Both the position numbers and the translations under genes were made by a program. A stretch of 22,891 nt of DNA, taken from assembly GCA_052426225.1 (NCBI GenBank), contig JBNJNM010000002.1:1-22891 (forward strand). The letters run 5' to 3'. Source of the stretch: Zancudomyces culisetae HAW-14-8 (Eukaryota > Fungi > Kickxellomycota). A model generated the notes under the pieces. That model made no database searches, had not been told where the DNA came from, and saw only the letters and a list, made by a program, of their open reading frames with translations. Within the stretch, counting starts at the first letter, position 1; each line of letters begins with the position of its first letter. Below, one piece after another: positions 9,443 through 19,106 of this stretch.

Positions 9443-12400
9443 ATGACACTAGTTGAAAAGTTTAACTCAGAAATTGACAACCCAGAAGATTGGATTGATT
9501 CGTACAGTTTGAGTGCCAGACTCAGAAATTGGTCTGACGAAGATCTAATAAAATATTTACCTGCACATCTAGGTAACCGTGAAAAGATTTGGTATATTAG
9601 GCAAAAGAGTACATTCACCGATTGGAATTCTGTCGTTTCTTCATTCAATAAAAAGTTCATAAATAAAATCAAAGCTCATCAGTCAATCGAGACACTAAAA
9701 AGCATTTGTCAGTCAGGTTACAATTCTGTTGACGAATTTGAGTATGCTTTAGAAATAGCTCTACAAAAATCTGGTATAACAGATGACAAACATAAGGTCA
9801 ATTGGTTAATCAGTGCATTGAGTCCAAAATATAAAGCAAGAGTCCTAGAATCAAATTATCAAGAGTGGGATACTATCATAAATGCCATAAATCTGGATAT
9901 AGATACCCCTAGTTACAATTCTACAGACATCGCAGAGACAAATTCATCTACATCAAAATCTTACAGACTAACCGGACCTGGCAAACCAATAAAAGAAATG
10001 ACTGATCAAAAGATTGGTTATGATGAGATGATATCCAAGATGGAAGAATGGAGTATAAACTTACTTTCAAAAGTCGAAGAGGTTGTTGAAAAGAAAATTG
10101 ACATTGCTATAAGTAAAAGTATGCAACAGCGTTATCAAAGGCCACCGTACTGTTCTATCTGTAGAACAACAGGACACTACAAGAGTCAGTGTACAAAGAT
10201 TGGAACTACCAAAACAGATGAGGTACAAAGTAAAAAAGAAATCAGCACTATTGAGTTACTACCAGTCGATGACACGGATATTGACACTGATGACACGCCA
10301 GATAATGATGTTTACTTAGTGCAAAGGCAAAAAGCTAAATCAAATATCAGTAAGCCATATATAAGTGATAATAAACCAGTTAGAAAGATGAAACCTGTTA
10401 TTATAAAACCTGAGGCAACTATAACAGATAATGTTGTGGACATGGATATGGAAGTTACACCTGAAGTCACTATAGTGAATAAAAAACAGAAAACCATCCA
10501 GCGCATTATCGAAAACGTCGAGCCATTCAATCTACAATCTGAATTTAACCAGTTTTATCCAAAGATTAGTCTACCTCAGTTAATAGCCGTTTCTCCTACC
10601 ATAGCAACAGAGTTTAATAGTCTTTCTAAAAAAATAAAAAAACAAGAAGTAAATGAAATCAGGATATTACCACAAAAAATCAGCAACTGCCGGGTCATGG
10701 TCACGGTATTCAACAAAAACTATTGGGCTGTTGTTGACTCTGGAGCCGCTTGTTCTGTAACTACACCAAGCATGGTTGAGCAGTGGGGCATAGAACCAGA
10801 GGGTTGGCACAGACAAGTGTTGGTAACAGCTGATGGAACAAAACATCTCACTGAAGGTGTTATGAACAAAGTACCTATAACTATAGGAAATCACTTACTA
10901 GAAGCAGAGCTCATAGTTATGAATCGCAAAGGAAGTACTTTAATTCTCGGCACAGATTGGTTGTATAGGCACCACGGGATTATAGATCCAAGAAGCAGAG
11001 AACTAAAGATACACACACATTCAGAAATATTAGTTATACCAATGAAAATACTTGCAGAAGATACGACTTACTGGCCACAAGAAACTGAGCTATATTTTAT
11101 GGTGAAGAGTGAAAATGGTGTTGAAAGTGATAACAAGCAAATCGAGAATGAAAGGTTTATCAAACTACGAGAGCAATATGCTGATATCTTTGTTGAAGAC
11201 ATAGGGGAGCTTACCCAAACTAATCTCACAGAGCATAGTATTGAACTAACAGATCATACACCGATCAAGCAGCGCCCATACAGAATTCCCTATCATATGC
11301 AAGAAAAGGTTAGAAATGAGTTAATTGAAATGGAGAATAAAGGAATAATTTCACCGTGTTATTCAGAGTGGTGTTCGCCAGTCGTAACAGTTTATAAAAA
11401 GAATGGCAGGTTAAGGATATGTGCAGATTATAGGAAGCTGAACCAGGTAACCAAAAAGGATTGTTATCCGTTACCTACTATAGATGATATATTTATGTCG
11501 CTTGCCGGAAGCAAAATATTTACCAGCTTAGACGCGCTATCTGGGTTTTGGCAAATAAGAATGGCAGCCAAAGACAGATTAAAAACCGCGTTTGCAATCC
11601 CTGGAGGCGGTAGCTACTGCTACAATGTCATGCCGTTTGGGCTGACAAACAGCCCGGCCTCTTTTCAACGACTTATGGAGAAAGCCCTTTCGCCAGTACT
11701 TTGGAAGATCGCAGTCGTTTTTATTGACGACATTATTATTTACTCTCAGTCAGTTGAGCAGCATGTGGAGGATTTAAAAAAGGTATTTGAGCTACTTAGA
11801 CAACATAAAATTCAACTGCATAGTGATAAGTGTTTATTAGGAATGAATAAATTGTGTTACTTGGGACATACCGTGTCTTCTGAGGGAATTGGTACTACAA
11901 ATGATAAAATAAAAGCAATTACAGAAGCAAAGGTACCTAATAACGTCAAGGAACTACAATCTTTTCTCGGTCTAGTCGGGTATTATCGCAAATTCGTGGA
12001 CCGTTATGCATTGATTTCCGCGCCTTTAGTCAAACTACTTAGGAAAGAAAACACTTGGAAATGGTCTATTGAACAAGAAAATGCAGTTAATTTATTAAAA
12101 CAAAGCCTTTGTACCGCACCCACATTAGCTCATCCAAATTGGGATTCAGAGTTTATACTTACCACTGACGCTTCAATTGAAGGCGTTGGTGCTATACTTT
12201 CACAATCTTCGGAACTTGGCGAGAGACCTATTTGTTTTGCTAGTAAAACCACAAACAAGCATGAGAGAAATTACTCTATTACCCATCTCGAGGGTTTAGC
12301 TGTAATTTGGGGCGTAAAAAAATTCAAACATTACCTGTGGGGACGCCATTTCACTATACGTACGGACCATAAAGCTTTACTGAATTTGTTCAATGGAAAA

Positions 12401-13861
12401 GATATAGCCGGAAGAGTAGCCAGGTGGGCTATGATTCTTCGAAATTATGACTATACAATTGTCCATTGCAAAGGAAAGTCAAACCCCGCTGATGCCCTAT
12501 CAAGATTAGAACCTACTACATCGGTTGAGGAAGTTATAGATGTATTTTCTGTAACAAAAATATCTAACGAAACTATTTTAGAATATTTACTAAATAATAG
12601 GTACCCAGAGCAAAGCGACGAAGTGTCAAAGAAAAAGATTAATTATTTATCTAAAAAATTCAAGCTTATCAACAACAAATTATTCAAATTATGTAAGGAA
12701 GTTTGGAAGGAAGTTTTATTAAGAAATAACATAACTGAAAAGGTTAAAGAGATTCATGACGAGTCTCATCAAGGAATCGAGAATACGTGGAGGAGAATCG
12801 CAGAGAAGTATACAGGAAACGATTTATTTAAAACTGTTAAAAAAGTAGTAAAAGAATGTCTAGTATGTCAGAGATATATTGGAAATCGCAATAGGAACAA
12901 CGAGCTTCAGCCGATATACGTCCACAAACCTTTTGGCATCTTTGGACTAGATGCAGTTGGCCCTATTAGTCCAGTATCTGCTCAAGGAAACCGTTACATT
13001 CTCACGGGCATTGACTATTTTACGCGCTGGCCTGTAGCTGAGGCCGTAGAAAATATAAAATCGGATACTATAATTAACTTTATAATAACTCACATAGTTC
13101 AGTACTACGGTACCCCCGATCAAATAATCACTGATAGAGGCTCGGGTTTTATCAGCGAAGCAGCAGACACAGTTTATAAGTACCTCGGAATTAAACATAC
13201 ACCATCCACACCGTATCGCCCGCAGTCAAATGGTCAGGTCGAGCGCCTGAACCAAACCCTAAAAAATACGTTAGCAAGACAATGCAAAGCAGACAAAAAC
13301 AATTGGGACTCTTACTTATGGAAGTCGCTACTGGTTATCAGGACAATGAGAAACAGAAGCACAGGCATGAGCCCGGCCGAACTACTATACGGAGTAAAGT
13401 TAAGTACGCCTGCGTTATGGTCTCCGCCGGCCGAAATCAGCGATTTAGATCTCGCCATCCAGGAAAGAATTGCAGCCATAAACACCAGTATACCCGAACT
13501 ACGAAGCATAGGCTATCAAAAAAGTGTCAAAGCAAAGCAAAATATGAAGTTAATATATGACCGAAGAGTAAGATTAGTAAATTTCAAAGTTGACGAAATG
13601 GTCTTAAAACTGATTGAACACGTTACCGACAAGTTTCAGGAGGTATGGGAAGGTCCATACCGAGTGTTGAAAAAACTAAATTTAGGTGCTTACCTGATCG
13701 CAGATTCGGATGGAAATCGTGACATTGTGAATGGCGATTCACTGAAAAGTTTTTTCCATAGTAATCGAATGGTTCCTGAAGTTACTACACAGCTTAGATC
13801 GAAGTTGCAGCGTTTTAAAAACCCTGTACGTCCAATTTGGGATGGGGGTTCTGTTGCATAA
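9443..13861 (+). CDS. gag-pol: Gag-Pol polyprotein of element C (Gag, PR, RT, RNase H, IN) in one frame
   Basis: CSICRTTGHYKSQC; WAVVDSGAACS; LRICADYRKLN, MPFGL, FIDD; TTDAS, TDHKAL, ADALSR; HDESH..CLVC, GLDAVGP, TDRG, SNGQVERLN; WEGPY. Confidence 0.96.
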   Translation: MTLVEKFNSEIDNPEDWIDSYSLSARLRNWSDEDLIKYLPAHLGNREKIWYIRQKSTFTDWNSVVSSFNKKFINKIKAHQSIETLKSICQSGYNSVDEFEYALEIALQKSGITDDKHKVNWLISALSPKYKARVLESNYQEWDTIINAINLDIDTPSYNSTDIAETNSSTSKSYRLTGPGKPIKEMTDQKIGYDEMISKMEEWSINLLSKVEEVVEKKIDIAISKSMQQRYQRPPYCSICRTTGHYKSQCTKIGTTKTDEVQSKKEISTIELLPVDDTDIDTDDTPDNDVYLVQRQKAKSNISKPYISDNKPVRKMKPVIIKPEATITDNVVDMDMEVTPEVTIVNKKQKTIQRIIENVEPFNLQSEFNQFYPKISLPQLIAVSPTIATEFNSLSKKIKKQEVNEIRILPQKISNCRVMVTVFNKNYWAVVDSGAACSVTTPSMVEQWGIEPEGWHRQVLVTADGTKHLTEGVMNKVPITIGNHLLEAELIVMNRKGSTLILGTDWLYRHHGIIDPRSRELKIHTHSEILVIPMKILAEDTTYWPQETELYFMVKSENGVESDNKQIENERFIKLREQYADIFVEDIGELTQTNLTEHSIELTDHTPIKQRPYRIPYHMQEKVRNELIEMENKGIISPCYSEWCSPVVTVYKKNGRLRICADYRKLNQVTKKDCYPLPTIDDIFMSLAGSKIFTSLDALSGFWQIRMAAKDRLKTAFAIPGGGSYCYNVMPFGLTNSPASFQRLMEKALSPVLWKIAVVFIDDIIIYSQSVEQHVEDLKKVFELLRQHKIQLHSDKCLLGMNKLCYLGHTVSSEGIGTTNDKIKAITEAKVPNNVKELQSFLGLVGYYRKFVDRYALISAPLVKLLRKENTWKWSIEQENAVNLLKQSLCTAPTLAHPNWDSEFILTTDASIEGVGAILSQSSELGERPICFASKTTNKHERNYSITHLEGLAVIWGVKKFKHYLWGRHFTIRTDHKALLNLFNGKDIAGRVARWAMILRNYDYTIVHCKGKSNPADALSRLEPTTSVEEVIDVFSVTKISNETILEYLLNNRYPEQSDEVSKKKINYLSKKFKLINNKLFKLCKEVWKEVLLRNNITEKVKEIHDESHQGIENTWRRIAEKYTGNDLFKTVKKVVKECLVCQRYIGNRNRNNELQPIYVHKPFGIFGLDAVGPISPVSAQGNRYILTGIDYFTRWPVAEAVENIKSDTIINFIITHIVQYYGTPDQIITDRGSGFISEAADTVYKYLGIKHTPSTPYRPQSNGQVERLNQTLKNTLARQCKADKNNWDSYLWKSLLVIRTMRNRSTGMSPAELLYGVKLSTPALWSPPAEISDLDLAIQERIAAINTSIPELRSIGYQKSVKAKQNMKLIYDRRVRLVNFKVDEMVLKLIEHVTDKFQEVWEGPYRVLKKLNLGAYLIADSDGNRDIVNGDSLKSFFHSNRMVPEVTTQLRSKLQRFKNPVRPIWDGGSVA
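13839..13848 (+). promoter_or_regulatory. Polypurine tract of element C
   Basis: GGGATGGGGG followed by TTC and the 3' LTR. Confidence 0.75.
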
Positions 13862-14270
13862 TTAATTATATATTATAAAAAATACGAATTGACAAAGTCA
13901 ATTCTGATAAATTACTATATTAAAATTAGTGGAAAAATTGGACTCTTTTTTCCCTAACAATTTGGGTTTTTTTAATGAGCCAAGAAATTACAAAACAAAA
14001 ATTGATAACACAAAAAAATTGAGATAACAAAATAGATGGAAAAAAAATAGTTTATATATAAATTTTATTTATAGTTTGGAAGAATAACTTTTAGGATAAC
14101 AACTTTTTAGCAATAAAAAATAAAGAATAATAACCAAAATAATAAGCAAGTCTTAATAGTTAGTTAGAGTTTCGAACAAAACAAGTAGATAATTAACTTT
14201 TCTATTAAATTTTAAACCAACTAAATACGAATAACTACGACTACTAGCAGAAAAGGGTCGAAAGTTAACA
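13852..14270 (+). repeat. 3' LTR of element C
   Basis: Direct repeat of 8954-9372. Confidence 0.95.
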
Positions 14271-14278
14271 ACACATAT

Positions 14279-14360
14279 GGTATTATGGCCGAGCGGTCTA
14301 AGGCGCCGCACTCAAGTTGCGGTCTCGAAAGAGGCGTGAGTTCGAATCTCACTGATACCA
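14279..14360 (+). tRNA. tRNA-Leu(CAA), intronless
   Basis: Acceptor GGTATTA/TGATACC+A; A-box TGGCCGAGCGG; anticodon arm CCGCA-CTCAAGT-TGCGG; long variable arm; T-arm GTGAG-TTCGAAT-CTCAC; followed by a T5 run. Confidence 0.96.
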
Positions 14361-14363
14361 TGC

Positions 14364-14368
14364 TTTTT
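14364..14368 (+). terminator. Pol III oligo-T terminator of tRNA-Leu
   Basis: TTTTT 3 nt after the discriminator base. Confidence 0.6.
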
Positions 14369-14481
14369 GATTTGTCAAAATTTTTTTTATATTTATTTTT
14401 GTTGTATAATACAAAGTTTAATATCATTTTTTTATTATTTGGTGTTTATATTGTAATATTTGTAAATATAAAAAGATAGTA

Positions 14482-14856
14482 ATATATTTATCATCTAATC
14501 TTATGGCTGAGTTTGGTATATCTCTTATTATGTCAATATTACTCTGGTTTCGGATCACTTAACTATTATTGTTCGCCGTTGGTGTGTGTAATATTTCAAA
14601 TTTATTGTGGTAAATATATAAAGCACTAAGCATAACTATATCTATATAAATTACGTATATGTAAAGTATATTCGGTTAATAAAGGCTATATATGCTATTT
14701 TCTTTAGTCAGCTCACCATATATTCGATGATCGTTGAATATTCAATCTTTATTATCATGGGTCATTATTATTTGATTCGCCTTGCGCTTAAAGTAGTTTT
14801 AACTGCTAAGGAATCGCAATTGATATGCTAGCTAAAAGTATGTAACCGTTAGACTA
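14482..14856 (+). repeat. Dispersed ~0.4-kb repeat of unknown type, copy 1
   Basis: Colinear blocks shared with 19107-19513: ATGGCTGAGTTTGGTATA, TCGGATCAC, ACGTATATGTAAAGTATATTC, TGCTAAGGAATCGCAATTGAT, AAAAGTATGTA-CCGTTA. Confidence 0.85.
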
Positions 14857-15182
14857 AATGTCATTATTTTTTTTTCATTGTGGCATATAGACTTCATATA
14901 TATTATAGCAAATCAATAACAATTCAATAGTGGACTCTACTACTAATGAGAGCATGCAGAATTAAATTAAATACGGTTTATGATAGTATAGCGAATAGAA
15001 TACCCAAACTAACGAGAGCGACAGGAAATAAATAAATTTTCATATTTTTTAATTATGAGCTTTCCAATAACAGTGGGACTATAAATATATTTTGTAGGAA
15101 TTGTGTCAAAAAATAATTATATTAAAATTAAATTGACGTTTACAAAACTACTCATGACCAAATCAGAAGGTTACAAAATGAG

Positions 15183-15280
15183 ATTGTAACCAAATACAAA
15201 TCTCTAAAATGTAACTAAGTACAAATTACTATAATGTAAATAAGTACAAATTACTATAATGTAACTAAGTACAAATTATT
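15183..15280 (+). repeat. 25-bp tandem repeat, about 4 copies
   Basis: AATGTAACTAAGTACAAATTACTAT three times near-perfect from 15208, plus one degenerate copy before it. Confidence 0.85.
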
Positions 15281-15637
15281 AAATTTATCTAACCAAGTCA
15301 TGTAAAAATGAATTTCTCGATGAAATTATATATAATAATATTCACAGACCATTTTAGGAAATATGAAACATAGAAAAGATTCCGAAACTAATAATTCAAA
15401 ATATCATCAAAATAACATGAATGACGCAATCATTGACACACTAAACTCACGGTAGTTAATAACGTCAGTTATTCATAAGTTTAATAGTCAAATTTATAGT
15501 TTGATAGAAACTTTACTTAATAAAATTTTATTTGGAAAAATCTCTGGAGTAAAAAGTATAAATACCCTTTCGAAGTCCATCGAAAGAGCACTTCAGAGAA
15601 AAATATTTCATTCACTATTGAAAACCATATTTTTCTA

Positions 15638-15680
15638 AATAATATAATATAATAAATAATATAATATAATAAATAATATA
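15638..15680 (+). repeat. AT-only 17-bp tandem/low-complexity repeat
   Basis: AATAATATAATATAATA repeated about 2.5 times. Confidence 0.6.
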
Positions 15681-15804
15681 TATATAAATTTAATCAAGTC
15701 ATAACATCACACTACTTAAAAAACCCAGACAATACCTGCAGAATCGGTAGTTAGTAAAAACCTAATTTCAGGAACAATTTCAAAAAATAACATCACCTCA
15801 GACC

Positions 15805-15925
15805 ATGAACTCTTGCGACTACTACACCGAAGTGAAAAATTTTGATCTAATAAACAGTACTCATCCAAATTTTATACTAGGAACACCTTGGTTTAGTTTA
15901 CACAATCCTGAAATATTCTGGTTAG
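15805..15925 (+). pseudogene. Relic of a Ty3/gypsy aspartic protease C-terminus
   Basis: FILGTPWFSLHNPEIFW fits the ILGxPWLxxHNPxIDW motif of Tf1/sushi-type proteases; no long ORF around it. Confidence 0.6.
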
Positions 15926-16285
15926 AATACCGATATCATTTCTTCAAAATGTATTTATATTTATATAGTGGCAGTGATCTCTCCTAGATCCTATAGGATT
16001 AACATACAATTTTATTTAGTTAAATTATAGAATTTTTATACATGTTCTTGCATATCCAAAAATATATCTGTCATGGTTAATTATTAGTTTATTTATTTAT
16101 ATACAAGTTCGAGTTTAGATTTTTTTATATACGGGTTTGTTCTAGATTTGAACTAACAAAAGATTATGAGATTATTAATATATAGGTTTATTAATATGGA
16201 TTATTATTTACCGTTTAAAGTATAATACCTGTACAATTTTTAGTAAGAAAAATTATCAATAAATTAAGTTTTGATCTAATACATA

Positions 16286-16497
16286 TAGTGAGTTTCAAAA
16301 ATGTCTCTAAATATGATAATAATTTTCAAAGTGTAATATCTCGCTCAATAATATCCAGAAATTAGATATTTTTTATATTATTAATGCACAATTGGTATAA
16401 TATTATTATATATAATTAGTATTATTATTGGTTAAAAAATCATTATAAAATTATAAACTGAAAAAATTTTAAAAATGAGACAATTTTGGGAATTTTT
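16286..16497. repeat. Left terminal inverted repeat of the Tc1 element
   Basis: Imperfect reverse complement of about 17636-17840; inner limit approximate. Confidence 0.8.
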
Positions 16498-16509
16498 CAA
16501 AAAAAAACT

Positions 16510-17538
16510 TTAAAATTCTGTCCACCTTCCTTTAGACTTGATAACTGCCTCAACTTTTTTGGGCATACTATCTATAAGACCAAGTATTGTTTCCACTGTA
16601 ATTAAATTCCATTCCGTTTCTATTCGCTCCCATAATTCGATCATCCCGGACGGAGGTTTACTGTATCTATTTAGGCGTCTTTTGATGATTGCCCATATAG
16701 TTTCGATTGGGTTTAAGTCTGGAGATTGTGGCGGCCAGTCCAATGTATTATATTCCTGGTTTTCAAGCCAGCATGTAACTAACTTTGCGGTATGTTTAGG
16801 ATCATTGTCATGTTGAAATATTATTGACTTGGGATCCAACTTGTAGTACTTTATTGTATTGCTAAGCTCGTCTTTTAAAATGTTTAAATAATCTTTCTTG
16901 TTTAACATTCCTTCTATTTGGCACATGTAGCCAGTTCCAGATGCTGTGATGCATCCCCAAATCATTAATGATCCTCCACCGTGTTTTACGGTCTGGTTAA
17001 TATTGTGCGGCTGTAGACTCACACCATCACAAACCCAAGTCCATTCATTTCCATCAGATCCAAATCGGTTGATTTTAGTTTCGTCGGACCAAATTACTCG
17101 TCTCCAATCATCAGTAGTCCAGTGGCGATGAGATTTTGCGAATCTCAACCTTTTTGCAATATTTTTAAGGCTCGGTTTCGGTTTGGATGCCTTCTTTTTT
17201 GCAACGGCTTTAAGATCATTAAAAGCCCTATATATTGTAGACTTACTAGCACTAACAACATTATCCATTTCTAACTTCTTTTGTATCGAAGTAGCAGATC
17301 GATACTCTCCAGACAATATCATCCTAGTACATATTCGCTTGCTTTGGGGTAAAAGCTTCGCTGGACGACCGCGTTTATTAGCCGGTAAATTGATATTCAT
17401 TGCTGCTTTAATTCTGTATATTGTTGCTTTACTAACTCCATTTTCTATAATGTTTTGGTCAATTCTTCTGCCTTCAAGTAACGCGTTTTTAATATCCAGT
17501 TTACGTTGTTCAGATATCATTTTTAATAAATTATTCAT
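16510..17538 (-). CDS. Tc1-like DD34E transposase
   Basis: 342 aa; GRP linker, HTH region, VIWSDETK, KHGGGSLMIWG, FQHDNDPKH, WPPQSPDLNPIE; 34 residues counted between the second D and the E. Confidence 0.96.
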   Translation of the reverse strand: MNNLLKMISEQRKLDIKNALLEGRRIDQNIIENGVSKATIYRIKAAMNINLPANKRGRPAKLLPQSKRICTRMILSGEYRSATSIQKKLEMDNVVSASKSTIYRAFNDLKAVAKKKASKPKPSLKNIAKRLRFAKSHRHWTTDDWRRVIWSDETKINRFGSDGNEWTWVCDGVSLQPHNINQTVKHGGGSLMIWGCITASGTGYMCQIEGMLNKKDYLNILKDELSNTIKYYKLDPKSIIFQHDNDPKHTAKLVTCWLENQEYNTLDWPPQSPDLNPIETIWAIIKRRLNRYSKPPSGMIELWERIETEWNLITVETILGLIDSMPKKVEAVIKSKGRWTEF

Positions 17539-17635
17539 ATAATTAGTAAAATAATATTAATACTATTATATGTAAAAGTTTTAAAATTTTAGATTAGCAT
17601 TCATAAAGTTAAGATAGTTGAAAAATATAAATTGA

Positions 17636-17840
17636 TAAATTCCCAAAATATCTGATTTATTATATTAATTTAACTAATTACTCAATGAATTTTTAACCAA
17701 TATAATTTCAGTATTATTAATAAATCTATAACATTTGTCCATTATATTAATAAAAAACATATAATTCCTGGACATTATTGAGCGAGATAATACACTTTGA
17801 AAATAAATTTATTATTTTAAGACAATTTTGAAACTCAATG
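17636..17840. repeat. Right terminal inverted repeat of the Tc1 element
   Basis: Imperfect reverse complement of 16286-16497. Confidence 0.8.
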
Positions 17841-17949
17841 TAATTAAACCCAACGAATTCGTTGTGATAATCGGCAATGAAAAAATTCTCTTTAAATATA
17901 ATAAAGTTTATATTTTTCTTAATTCAAAATCTAATAAATAAAAAATCTA

Positions 17950-18151
17950 GTTTTAACAGATCTTCGTCATAACTTTCTGGCAAGGCTATGCGGGCAGCGG
18001 CTGGTGAACTGGTGAAGGTACTGGTGCGGTCTGGGCGGAATTTTCTTGTTCTGCTGGCGGATCTGGTGGAGCAGATTGTTGAGATTTCAATCTCTCGTTT
18101 TCATCTTTAAGTTTTTGATATTCGGCTAACAATTACGGTAATTTTAGACAT
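17950..18151 (-). pseudogene. Frameshifted N-terminal Gag relic (sushi/PEG10-like gypsy type, tentative)
   Basis: GC-rich island reading LLAEYQKLKDENERLKSQQSAPPDPPAEQ..., then after a frameshift RIALPESYD, similar to the coiled-coil plus PxIxLPExFDG opening of such Gags. Confidence 0.5.
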
Positions 18152-19106
18152 CTAGTAGTTAGTGTAAGAGCAATAAAAAAATGTCAGAACTTGACACTAA
18201 GTACTATATGTATTAACTATGACTACGATATATTTAATATATTACTATGAGTTGAAAAGTATTTTATTGCTAAAGTTTCCTAAAGCAATAAAATTCTTGT
18301 ACTCATATAGCTTTAATAGCAGAATAAGCTTGTATATCTTTATTAAAGAATATAGTTAAAAATAACTATACTAATACTAAATTTGTAAATATTATCAACT
18401 CCACAGTTGAAATTATAGATTGCTATTTTGGTATATCCGAATCGCATTATTTACTCTTAAGTTTTAATATAAATTTTAAATCATATTTAATTACCTTTGA
18501 ATCCCCAATTGGAAACATTATGTTTCCCACCTAAATAATTTATTTCTTGACAGGGTAACACTCAAAGTGGAAAATATTAATTTTTAATCCAAAATTAATA
18601 ATTTATGGATTAAGAATTAAAGTGGTGAAAATGTAAATTAATAAACTTTATGCTATTTAAATTTGATAATATATATATCATTAATTTCATGAATAGATCA
18701 TGACATTACCATCCATCGATTCTCTTTAAAATTTATCATTACTATTGATATCTACTTTAAATTTAATAATATGTAGGTAATCTGATGATCTAAAAAATAA
18801 CAAATATTATTAGTTTGTCGTATCGTAAACTATACTGAAGTGTTGGCTCAATTTTATTGGTTAGTTATATTTAATTACTTTACAGAAATTGAATGATATG
18901 TTTGAATGGAATTAATTAATAAATTGCTCTTTACACTGAAAAAATTTTAATTTAAATATATAAATTATTGAAATTGACACGTCCCGTGTTGTACTTGAAT
19001 CGAAAATAAAGAAAAGTCTTTAATCATAAACACTACACGACAGTTTGATAAGTTCGCATTTATTGAATATAACAAGTAATATATAGTAGATGTATTAAGT
19101 TATCTG

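Larger units (their letters stand above)
8954..14270 (+). mobile_element. Ty3/gypsy LTR retrotransposon C, full length and apparently intact
   Basis: 419-bp LTRs TGTTGCAT...GTTAACA; PBS; PPT; single 1472-aa gag-pol ORF; flanks AAAC/ACAC give only an imperfect TSD. Confidence 0.96.
16286..17840 (-). mobile_element. Tc1-family DNA transposon (1555 bp) with long imperfect TIRs and TA target duplication
   Basis: TA|TAGTGAGTTTCAAAAATGTCT...AGACAATTTTGAAACTCAATG|TA; inverted similarity extends about 200 bp (e.g. TTTTCAAAGTGTAATATCTCGCTCAATAAT). Confidence 0.92.

Noticed and set aside
11715-11735. FIDD/FVDD instead of YxDD in the RT active site
   Set aside because: FxDD occurs in other Ty3/gypsy lineages and is shared by all three elements, so it is neither novel nor inactivating.
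14221-14479. ORFs 14285-14479 (+) and 14221-14427 (-)
   Set aside because: They overlap a complete tRNA-Leu cloverleaf and low-complexity T-rich DNA; chance frames.
14560-14562. Conserved in-frame TAA in the dispersed repeat as selenocysteine or TAR=Gln recoding
   Set aside because: Selenocysteine uses TGA, and the long ORFs in this window lack internal TAA/TAG and end at standard stops.
15183-15280. 25-bp repeats as a CRISPR array
   Set aside because: Head-to-tail with no spacers, no cas genes, eukaryotic context.
18511-18527. Small hairpin GGAAACA-TTA-TGTTTCC
   Set aside because: A 7-bp stem with no supporting context is expected by chance.
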